Made by a program: the position numbers and the translations under genes. A model generated the notes under the pieces. It made no database searches, was not told the DNA's origin, and was given only the letters and a program-made list of their open reading frames with translations. A DNA stretch of 63,373 bases, filler included, from Deltaproteobacteria bacterium (lineage in GTDB: Bacteria; JAEEML01): NCBI GenBank assembly GCA_016283195.1. It is 8 parts of 8 records of this genome, joined end to end, with 100 filler letters (N's around TTAATTAATTAA, not from the genome) between each part and the next. Parts side by side here need not be neighbours in the genome. Positions count along the whole stretch, not along the records: positions 43,639 to 50,720 come from JAEEML010000189.1; positions 50,821 to 55,553 come from JAEEML010000190.1; positions 55,654 to 61,417 come from JAEEML010000027.1; 5 more parts are not named here. One strand, written 5' to 3'. Positions 48,016 through 56,673 of the stretch are shown piece by piece; positions within the stretch are counted from its first letter, which is position 1, and each line of letters begins with the position of its first letter.

Positions 48016-49374
48016 CTAGTAATTTTCGGTGTGGTGTTCTTCCAGATTTTCAAAGCGCACACATTCCGGGATAAAGGTCAGCTGAATTTTGTCGGTGGGC
48101 CCGTTTCTGTGTTTGGCAATGATGATATTGGCCAGGCCTTTAATCTTTTCGTCGTCTTTGTCGTAATAATCCGGGCGGTGGATAAAGATAACCATATCGG
48201 CATCCTGCTCAATAGCGCCGGATTCGCGCAAATCGGAGAGCTGCGGTTCTTTGCTGGTGCGTGATTCTACGTTACGGCTGAGCTGGGAAAGGGCGATTAT
48301 CGGCAATTCCAGCTCCTTGGCCATTGATTTGAGGCCACGGGAGATTTCTGCGATTTCCTGCTCTCTGTTACCGTCTTTACGCGTTGTGGCAGACATTAGT
48401 TGCAAATAATCGATTATAATTAGGCGCACATTTTCATGCTCCAGTTTAAGGCGCCGGCACATGGATTTCATTCTGTAGAGATCCATGCCGCCTCTATCGT
48501 TAATATAAATTGGGGCACCGCTGAGCTGTCCGGCCGCTTCCACTAAATCCTGCAAATCCTGCCTATCGATTTTCCCCTCTTTTATTTTTTGCATACCCAG
48601 GTGAGCTTGGGAGCAAATAAGGCGCATACCTAATTCGCTGGTGGACATTTCCATCGAAAACACAGCCACACCGTTGTTGTATTTAAGAGCTGTATTTTGG
48701 GCGATATTTAGAGCAAAAGCCGTTTTTCCCATACCGGGGCGGGCCGCTATAATAATGAGGTTTCCCGGTTGCAAGCCGGTGGTGACTTTATCCAGCTGTT
48801 CATAGCCGGTTTCCACTCCGGAAATAGGCCCTTTGTGATCAACAAGTGCTTGTATTGTTTGAAAATTTTGCTGTACAACTTCTTTCATCGGTTGGAAGCT
48901 GTCGGTTTTTTGTTCTTTGGCGATTTTAAAGATTGATTCTTCGGCCATGCTGAGAAGTGAATCAATCGTTTCATTATCGTCACGCGCTTTGGTGACAATA
49001 TCGCTACCGGCGGTAATTAAGAGGCGGGCAATAGCTTTTTCGTGAATAATATTGGCATAAGATTCGGCATTGGCCGCCGTTGGAACATTATCGGAAAGGG
49101 AAGAAATATAAGCCTGGCCGCCAATATTATCGAGTATGTTGGTGCGGGATAATTCTTCGGCCAGTGTCACCTCATCTATCGGCTTGTTGTTATTGTCGAG
49201 ATTTAACATAGCCTCGAAGATTTTTTTATGCGCCGGTTGATAAAAATCATCAGGAGAGATTATTTGTTCTACGGTGGCAAAGGCCTCTTTATCAAGCAAA
49301 CAGGCACCCAGCACCGAGCGCTCGGCCTCTAAATTATTTGGTGGAACGCGACTAATTTGCGATCTGTCAACCAT
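48016..49374 (-). CDS. dnaB: Replicative DNA helicase
   Basis: PP.N.EAE.SVLG, AARPGMGKT, FSMEM, IDYLQLM, LSQLSR, SDLRESGAIEQDAD, KHRNGP. Confidence 0.98.
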   Translation of the reverse strand: MVDRSQISRVPPNNLEAERSVLGACLLDKEAFATVEQIISPDDFYQPAHKKIFEAMLNLDNNNKPIDEVTLAEELSRTNILDNIGGQAYISSLSDNVPTAANAESYANIIHEKAIARLLITAGSDIVTKARDDNETIDSLLSMAEESIFKIAKEQKTDSFQPMKEVVQQNFQTIQALVDHKGPISGVETGYEQLDKVTTGLQPGNLIIIAARPGMGKTAFALNIAQNTALKYNNGVAVFSMEMSTSELGMRLICSQAHLGMQKIKEGKIDRQDLQDLVEAAGQLSGAPIYINDRGGMDLYRMKSMCRRLKLEHENVRLIIIDYLQLMSATTRKDGNREQEIAEISRGLKSMAKELELPIIALSQLSRNVESRTSKEPQLSDLRESGAIEQDADMVIFIHRPDYYDKDDEKIKGLANIIIAKHRNGPTDKIQLTFIPECVRFENLEEHHTENY

Positions 49375-49457
49375 AAAAACTCCTTGGCTGCCCGTAAAGC
49401 GGCAGTGAATTATAGGGCTCAACATAACAAGTTTATAAAAATATGAAAGGGGAAAAA

Positions 49458-50336
49458 TCAGCAGAGGGCGGCCAGTGCCGGGGCAGCCTCGTTTACTCCC
49501 AAGGCTTTGCGCAGTTTGCCAAGAGCTCTGGCTTCCAGTTGGCGCACCCGTTCACGGCTTATGCCATACGCTTCGCCGAGAGTTTGCAATGCCGGCGGAT
49601 CATCGCTCAAATAACGGGCCTCAATGATGGCTCTCTCACGTTCGGAGAGCGTTTTTAAAGCTTCGGCCAGTGAAGAGCGGCTTTGCTCGGCCAAGTCGTC
49701 TTTTATAACCGCTTCTTCCAGCGATTTGCCATCACCCAGCGTGCTGCCGATGGTGCTATCGTCATCATCGGAGAGCGGGGCATCCAAAAAAAGATCCGGT
49801 GCCAAAAGGCGGTTTTCCAGCTCGGTAACTTCGGCAATATCCACTTTGAGCTTTTTGGCGAGCTCGCTTCTGGCGCTGTCACGCTCCTCGCATTCTTTAT
49901 CCATTAGTGAACGTATCTCACCTAATTTATAGAATAATTTTCGTTGCGCGCGGCCAACTCCCATGCGCACCATAGAGAGCGAGCGCATGATATATTGATG
50001 AATATAAGCGCGGATCCAGTGGACGGCATAGGAGATAAGGCGATAGCCTCTGTCCGGGTCAAAACGCTTTACTGCTTGCATGAGGCCTACATTGCCTTCT
50101 TGTACCAGCTCAATAAGTTTCAAGCCATAACCGCGATATTCCGAAGCAATTTTAACCACAAAACGCAAATTGGCGGTAACCAGCCGGTGGGCGGCCAGAA
50201 CCGAACCGGTGTTTTGCCAGTCTTTGGCCAGATCATATTCTTCTTTGGCAGAAAGCAACGGGAAACGCCTGATTTCAGCCATGTACTCGCTTAAATCATC
50301 GCTTAATACCGGTAAATTGCTATGAGTTGATGCCAT
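49458..50336 (-). CDS. rpoH: RNA polymerase sigma factor, RpoH/sigma-32 family
   Basis: NLRFVVKIA.EY.GYG, QEGNVGLM.AVKRFDP.RG.RL.SYAV.WI, RpoH-box-like QRKLFYKL, ISRERVRQLE. Confidence 0.85.
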   Translation of the reverse strand: MASTHSNLPVLSDDLSEYMAEIRRFPLLSAKEEYDLAKDWQNTGSVLAAHRLVTANLRFVVKIASEYRGYGLKLIELVQEGNVGLMQAVKRFDPDRGYRLISYAVHWIRAYIHQYIMRSLSMVRMGVGRAQRKLFYKLGEIRSLMDKECEERDSARSELAKKLKVDIAEVTELENRLLAPDLFLDAPLSDDDDSTIGSTLGDGKSLEEAVIKDDLAEQSRSSLAEALKTLSERERAIIEARYLSDDPPALQTLGEAYGISRERVRQLEARALGKLRKALGVNEAAPALAALC

Positions 50337-50411
50337 TTTTCACCTCTTGAAAGAGTTCCACAGGATTTACCCTGTGCATATATATTTCATAAGCGCTTAA
50401 TGATTTATTAG

Positions 50412-50720
50412 TCAAGAGTTTTTTTTGCCCTTGGCGGCCGCTTCAATCACATTTTTAAAAATAGCCAGTGTTTTCGGCAAAATATCATTTACTAATTTAT
50501 TTGTTACTACCGGTGGCAATGTCCCTTTAAAAGCCACATTAAGCTTATAAGTGGCTGCCGTGTGGCCATCCGGAGTGTTTTCCAAAAGCCAACCGCCGTC
50601 ATTTTGCGTAAGCACGCTACTATTTTCCAAAGACCAATGGACAGTGCCCACCGGTTCTTCGATGATGCGCAGGGTATAATTTAAGCGAAAAAAGAGGTCA
50701 AGTTCAAAGCGCACCAGAGA
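50412..50720 (-). CDS. SRPBCC/START-fold protein, C-terminal fragment
   Basis: YTL......V.WSL.....L..N.G.W.L......T..TY motif; truncated by the linker. Confidence 0.7.
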   Translation of the reverse strand, partial: SLVRFELDLFFRLNYTLRIIEEPVGTVHWSLENSSVLTQNDGGWLLENTPDGHTAATYKLNVAFKGTLPPVVTNKLVNDILPKTLAIFKNVIEAAAKGKKNS

Positions 50721-50820
50721 NNNNNNNNNNNNNNNNNNNNNNNNNNNNNNNNNNNNNNNNNNNNTTAATTAATTAANNNNNNNNNNNNNNNNNNNNNNNN
50801 NNNNNNNNNNNNNNNNNNNN
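50721..50820. other. Artificial contig linker
   Basis: N44-TTAATTAATTAA-N44. Confidence 0.99.
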
Positions 50821-50894
<74 letters not shown>

Positions 50895-51017
50895 ACCCAG
50901 CGAAAAGGGCTTATAGAGCATGTGTGGGGAGCTTGTCAAGAATTATTTACAAATATTTTTTATCTGCTGGGGGGCTAAACAGAGCAGGTTATTAACCTGG
51001 CCAACTTATGAAAAATC

Positions 51018-52052
51018 CTATTTTTTGGCACACTTGGCGCAGGTGTTTTTGTCGCACCCGGTGCATATTTCGTTGGGAAGTTCATTTTTCTCAAAAAACA
51101 GCCTGATATTTTCCAAAGTAGTTTCGGCAATAGCGGCGATGGCCTCCTTGGTGAAAAAGGCCTGATGCGAGGTCACCAAAACATTGGGGAAGGTTAAAAG
51201 GCGGGAGAGTATATCATCAGCGATGATTTCATCGGAAAAATCCTCAAAAAAGCAGCTGGCTTCTTCTTCGTAAACATCGAGGCCGGCATAGCCGATTTTA
51301 TGACTTTTGAGCCCGTCGATTAAATCTTTGCTGTTTACCAGCTTGCCGCGGCCGGTGTTGATGAGCATCACGCCGTCTTTCATCATGGCGATGGAATCTT
51401 TGTTTATCATGTAAGTGCTTTCGGGAGTCAGCGGGCAGTGGAGGGAGATAATATCAGCCTCGCGGTAGATGGTCGGCAGATCGGTATAAGTATAGCCCAG
51501 TTCGGCGGCGGCTTTGGTGTCGGGGTAGAGGTCCTGGGCCAAAACGCGCATGCCAAAGCCGCGCAAAATGGAGATAAGAGCTTTACCGATGCGTCCGGTG
51601 CCGATGATACCGGCAGTTTTGCCATGCATATCAAAGCCCATCAGGCCGTTTAAAGTAAAATTGGCCTCTTTGGTGCGGGCCGCCGCTTTAGCAGTTTTGC
51701 GATTTAAGGTCATCATCAGGGCCAGAGCATGTTCGGCAACAGCATGCGGCGAGTAGGCCGGTACCCGCACTACCGGGATTTTGCCATAAAGCGCCGGCAA
51801 GTCTACGTTATTATAACCGGCACAGCGCAGAGCCAGGAGTTTAACCCCTTTTTCATAAAGAATACGGCATGTTTCGGCATCGCATTTGTCATTTACAAAA
51901 ATGCACACCGCATCGAAGCCGGCCACCAGTGCTGCTGTCTCCTGCGTCAAATGGGGTGCAAAATAGTGTATATCAAAATGGTAGCGCTCATTGATTTTAT
52001 CAAAAAACTCACGGTCATAGGGTTTGGTATCAAAAAAAGCTATTTTTACCAT
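51018..52052 (-). CDS. ldhA: D-lactate dehydrogenase / D-2-hydroxyacid dehydrogenase
   Basis: LRCAGYNNVD, RVPAYSP.AVAEH, GTGRIG, SLHCPL, INTGRG, LDVYEEE, TSHQAF. Confidence 0.9.
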   Translation of the reverse strand: MVKIAFFDTKPYDREFFDKINERYHFDIHYFAPHLTQETAALVAGFDAVCIFVNDKCDAETCRILYEKGVKLLALRCAGYNNVDLPALYGKIPVVRVPAYSPHAVAEHALALMMTLNRKTAKAAARTKEANFTLNGLMGFDMHGKTAGIIGTGRIGKALISILRGFGMRVLAQDLYPDTKAAAELGYTYTDLPTIYREADIISLHCPLTPESTYMINKDSIAMMKDGVMLINTGRGKLVNSKDLIDGLKSHKIGYAGLDVYEEEASCFFEDFSDEIIADDILSRLLTFPNVLVTSHQAFFTKEAIAAIAETTLENIRLFFEKNELPNEICTGCDKNTCAKCAKK

Positions 52053-52308
52053 GATGTTACTCCTTTTTTTAATATGTACCATTGGGCCGGTGCCGCTATA
52101 GGCGCTGCCGACTTGGGCGCCCTCTTATAGCTTAAAGAGGGAAACAGCGGCAACTAAAATTCTGGCTGCTTGCTCTTTGGTTATAAAGCGCCAGTAGTTG
52201 GCCTGCATTCTAATTTTGCTTAGTTATTATTACTTTGGCAAAATTTCTGGGGTTAGAAAAGAGAGCAGGGAAAGGGAACCGGGTGGTGAAGTTACGATCT
52301 GGGCCGGC

Positions 52309-52595
52309 TCACGGTTGGTCCCTAACGCAACGTACGGAATAGCCGGTATTCATGTCGCCAACATTGCCATTACGTGCATCACCATCGTTACCGCCAAGTA
52401 TTAAAATGTAGGCCATTTTGTCTGGATGAACGTCATACACCGTGCTGCTCCAAAACATGGCCCAAATGCTAAATATTTCGTAAGAGCTGCTTTGGGCATT
52501 GTAGTAACCGGCTGGGAGGGCTCCAAAGGTGGTACTATTAGTAGCCTGATCACTATAAGGGCTTGTCCAAGCTGGGTGTGCCATGCTCACATGAA
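52309..52595 (-). pseudogene. FISUMP domain C-terminal remnant
   Basis: W.....ATNSTTFGALPAGYY...FWSST...GYSVRCVRD present; N-terminal FISUMP motifs absent. Confidence 0.75.
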
Positions 52596-52920
52596 CTGAA
52601 CTGAACATGATGTACATACCCTTAAATGCCCTTAAAAGCCGTGGGCACAAGTAGCACAAGCTGGGAGAACTTAGCAAGAGTGAAAAGCGACATCCGGCCT
52701 TGGTATTATTAGCGCCTTTAATCGCTGATATCCGAATCCTGAGTGATGTTAAAATGATAATCCGGGGATTTTGGCATTAGTTCCGAGCAGATGGTATTAA
52801 GAAGTTCCTGTCGGTTTTGGGCATTAAAGCTGATAATGATGTCCACGGTAATATCATGCGAATTGGGTTTAATATAAAAACCGTGTATTTCAAGAATCCC
52901 TTGTGATAAAAGGTGTCCAC

Positions 52921-52983
52921 GATGTAGATAGCGACGACAAAACTTTTGGCCAGTCGGTTCGTTGCTTTAAAGATGAAGAGTGA
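52921..52983 (+). pseudogene. Degenerate FISUMP C-terminal tip
   Basis: Reads DVDSDDKTFGQSVRCFKDEE*; the upstream frame is closed by stops. Confidence 0.55.
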
Positions 52984-53032
52984 TAAGCCTTAAAAGCTGG
53001 TGGCGTCGTAGCGCGGTGGCCAAATTGCCAGA

Positions 53033-55474
53033 TTAAGGTCGGTGTCCGGCATTTAGCACCTCTCTTTCCCCGCTGCCCGGGGTTATTTTGATAGCTCCAT
53101 TAAGATCGGTGCGGAGTATTTTAATATTTTTCCTGGCGGCATAGTCTAATATTTCTTCATCCGGCAGGCCGAATCTATTCTTATAACCGGCGCTGATAAA
53201 AATGACTTTCGGTGCCACTTTATCTAAAAATTCCGCACTATTAGCAGTTCTACTGCCGTGGTGGCCGGCTTTAAAAAAATCGCTCTTTAAAAATTCCGGC
53301 GGGAGGTTTTCTATGAGAAATTCCTCTTCTTCTCTTTCGGCATCGCCGGTGAGTAAAACGCTCTTGCCCCCGGTGCTGAATTTTACTACCAATGAGCGGT
53401 TATTTTCGCTTAAATCTCCAAAATCTTCGGCCGGCAGGCGATAGAGGATAACCTTTGTCTCTCCTTTTTCATAAAGAGTAGTAAAGCCGGAACCAGGCGT
53501 AATAACAGGGATATTATGCTCTTTAGCTTTGGCGATAAGCTCATTTTGCAAGGGCACATTAGAGCCATTTACTATGAGCTTTTTAATGGGCACTTCGCCG
53601 ATAAGAGCCAGGAGGCCGCCGATATGGTCCGGGTGGCCATGAGTAGCCACGGCGGCCTCTATTTCCTTGATATTAAGGGCTTTTAGTGCCGGAAGCAGGC
53701 GGCGGCGCCCCTCAGCTACCGCTCTATCCGGCCTGGGGGCGCCGCCGCCGTCAATTAGGATATGGCGGCCGGCTATAGGCGTAATTAAAAGGGCATCGCC
53801 CTGATCCACATCGAGCGCAATTAGGCTGGGCGGGGCCAGCTTTTCCTCTATTTGGCCATAGATAATAAGCGCCAAAAGTAGGCTAAAAGCGCCGGCAAAA
53901 AGCCACTTATTGGCTCTACTTGCTTTTATATGCAGCAGAAAAACGGCCGCCAGATAATAGAGTAGTGCGCCCCCAAAAGTAAAATGCGGGTTAGGTAGCG
54001 GCGGCAAATTGAGCGCGCTTACCAATATGGCTATTTGATCAATAAAATAAGCGATATAGCCGGAAATGAGCGCGGCTATATCGGCCGCCCACGGCCAAAA
54101 CGGGCTGATAAAGGCGCCGATAGAGCCCAAGGCTACCAAAAGAGCTGCCGGCGGGATGGTAAAAAGGCTACTAAAGAGGCCGGCCCAGGAGCTTAGGCCA
54201 AAAAAGTAATTGCTTAAGGGCATGGTAGCTAGAGTTGCCACCAAGGAGACACAAAATAGCCCCCAAAAATAGCGAAAAAGCGGCCAAAAGCGCCCCTTTT
54301 TGAGCGGGCACCAGCTTAAAAAGGGGCGGGCCATGATGAGCCCGCCGGCGGCGGCAAAAGAGAGCAAAAAGCCGGGACTAAAGAGCGCTACCGGCTCATA
54401 GAGCAAAATAATGAGGGCGGCTATGGCGAGGTTATTGAGGGCGGCGGCCGAGCGCCCCAGGGCCAGCGCCGAAAAGACCATAGCCGCCATGATGCCGGCG
54501 CGCATAGTGGACCAGGAAGCGCCGGTAAAGAGCACATAAAAGACTAAAAAGAGCAGCGCGCCTATAGCCGCCGCCTTTTGCGCCGGTAAGCCGCGCGGCA
54601 AGCGCCAAAGCGAGAAGAGCATTTTAAAAAGAAAATAAATAAGCCCCAAAGTAAAGCCCACATGCAGGCCGGAAACAGCCAAAAGATGGGAAGTTCCGGC
54701 CCGGGCATGGCGCGCGCCGATAGCGCTATCCCGCTCGTCTTTTAGCCCTAAAATCATGGCTTTACTGATAATGGCACTCGCTTTATCCGGCGCCCCCGCA
54801 CTTAAGCGCGCGCCGTAATTATGGCGAAAATTTTCCAATTTTTGGCGCAAATTAGCCATAATTGAATTTTGGCTATTTATCGGTGCGGCCGTTAAAGCGC
54901 GCAAAGAATAATGAATGCCCTGCATCTTTTCGGTGCGGGAAAAATCATGTTGTCCAAAATTGCGGCTTTGGTGAATTTCCCTTAAAGTGCCCCAAAGTGT
55001 TACCCGGCTATTACTTAGCCAGTTGCCGGGCGGCAAAGAGAGGCGCACTTTAAAAGGCTCTGGCTTTAGATTCATATTTTTGAGGCAGAGTGAATCGGAA
55101 ACTGTGGCTGTAGTTTGGTAATAAATCTCACCAGTTAAGCTTATGCGCTTTTGCGGCACTTCGTTGATGGTAATAAGCCACTCTACCGGCTTTTCCCGGC
55201 ACTCCTTAGGCAGAGTGACTTTGGTTTCTGCTTTTTGGCGCAAAAGCTCACCGCCAAGCAGCCCGAGCGCCCCAAAAGAGAGAGCAACAGTCAGCGGCAA
55301 CAAAATGGCTATCTTGTTATTTTTAGGCCACTTTTCATGGACTAACGAGGTGGCGGCCAGGGCCAGTAAAGGCGGAATAAGAAGCCAATAGAGCGGTATA
55401 GTAAACTCCGCAAGAGAAGCCAGATAAAGACCAAAAGCGAGGGCCAGAGCCGGTATTAAAAAAGGACAAGGCAT
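53033..55474 (-). CDS. comEC: DNA internalization competence protein ComEC/Rec2
   Basis: HLLAVSGLHV, RA.IM, F.LSF.A, LDV.QGDA, TH.H.DH.GG, LLTGDAE, GHHGS, N.FG.P, RTD..GAI. Confidence 0.95.
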   Translation of the reverse strand: MPCPFLIPALALAFGLYLASLAEFTIPLYWLLIPPLLALAATSLVHEKWPKNNKIAILLPLTVALSFGALGLLGGELLRQKAETKVTLPKECREKPVEWLITINEVPQKRISLTGEIYYQTTATVSDSLCLKNMNLKPEPFKVRLSLPPGNWLSNSRVTLWGTLREIHQSRNFGQHDFSRTEKMQGIHYSLRALTAAPINSQNSIMANLRQKLENFRHNYGARLSAGAPDKASAIISKAMILGLKDERDSAIGARHARAGTSHLLAVSGLHVGFTLGLIYFLFKMLFSLWRLPRGLPAQKAAAIGALLFLVFYVLFTGASWSTMRAGIMAAMVFSALALGRSAAALNNLAIAALIILLYEPVALFSPGFLLSFAAAGGLIMARPFLSWCPLKKGRFWPLFRYFWGLFCVSLVATLATMPLSNYFFGLSSWAGLFSSLFTIPPAALLVALGSIGAFISPFWPWAADIAALISGYIAYFIDQIAILVSALNLPPLPNPHFTFGGALLYYLAAVFLLHIKASRANKWLFAGAFSLLLALIIYGQIEEKLAPPSLIALDVDQGDALLITPIAGRHILIDGGGAPRPDRAVAEGRRRLLPALKALNIKEIEAAVATHGHPDHIGGLLALIGEVPIKKLIVNGSNVPLQNELIAKAKEHNIPVITPGSGFTTLYEKGETKVILYRLPAEDFGDLSENNRSLVVKFSTGGKSVLLTGDAEREEEEFLIENLPPEFLKSDFFKAGHHGSRTANSAEFLDKVAPKVIFISAGYKNRFGLPDEEILDYAARKNIKILRTDLNGAIKITPGSGEREVLNAGHRP

Positions 55475-55553
55475 GAGGGCCTTTTAGCCTGTAATAACTC
55501 CGGCTGTCAAGGTGGAAAGAAGATGTGGACTGTTTTTAGTCTGCTATAGTTTA

Positions 55554-55653
55554 NNNNNNNNNNNNNNNNNNNNNNNNNNNNNNNNNNNNNNNNNNNNTTA
55601 ATTAATTAANNNNNNNNNNNNNNNNNNNNNNNNNNNNNNNNNNNNNNNNNNNN
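55554..55653. other. Artificial contig linker
   Basis: N44-TTAATTAATTAA-N44. Confidence 0.99.
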
Positions 55654-56640
55654 CATAGCGCAAACCGCATAAATGGTATCAATATAAGCTAGGCGGGCCG
55701 GGCGCTCCAAAGATTTAAAGGCCGCGTTATTTTGCAAAGCGCAAATGGCATTTTTCACATTGATATCCGAGCGATCCCCGGTTTTCATGGCCCGCAAAAG
55801 ATAACCTGCCTGCCGAGGCAAAATGCCCAGCACCATCGATTCAAAGTAAGTACTGTTATAAGTATCCAATCCGGCCTGGCAAACTTGGCGATTAATAGTC
55901 ACGCCTAGGCCATCGGCATCGCGCTCCACATAGCTGTTAGGATCGGCAAAGTCGCCAAAAGAGAGACGCACACTATCATCCATCAGACGGTTTAGCGCTA
56001 TATGCTGATAAGCAGCATTGGTGGTAACTTCCGCTTTCCAGGCTGTGGCGCTAAGAAGAGCTATAATGTGAAAAGCCGGTTCTCTATCAGCCGCCGGCAA
56101 AGCCTTAAACCAATTTAAATCCGGGAGCTTAGAAAGATTTTCAATAGCTTTTTCGTTGGGATAAAGCTGCGCAAAATAGAAGAAGAGACTTTTTACCACC
56201 GGGGATTCGCCACTAAAGGCGGGCTTTTCGAGAGCGGCAAAAAAAGCTTCTTTGGCGCCGGCATCAGCGCAAACAGCGCTAAAAGCGGCAAAAGCCATAT
56301 CCTTCTGCTCTGCGGAAAGAGAGAAATTTTTAAGATATTCTCCAAATTCTGTGACATTCTGGGGATATGTTTTTGGAGCTTCTTCGGCGGTAGCTATGGC
56401 GACATCATACATGGCCTTCTGCGGCACATTTTTTATACTATTAAGGCCTACTTTAGGCTCAGGTATTACGGCACCTTTAGTGGCGGCGGCTTTAACAGGA
56501 GCGCTTTTTTCCAAAATATCGCTTTCTTTAAAAGAAGCTTTTTTTGCGGTCTTAGGCTGCGGCACATCAAGGGCATTAGTATCAACGGAAAGAGAACCGA
56601 TTGCCTCAAAATTATGCTGCCGAGTAATACTGCCAACCAT
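55654..56640 (-). CDS. Paralog of 56674-59226, 3' truncated
   Basis: Aligns over its length (KA.YDV.IA, TYP, EQK..A.AAF, YPN...I.N...L..L.WF.AL, LER..RLAYID). Confidence 0.8.
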
Positions 56641-56673
56641 TATCAGCCTCCGACATTTTTTTAAATATATGCG

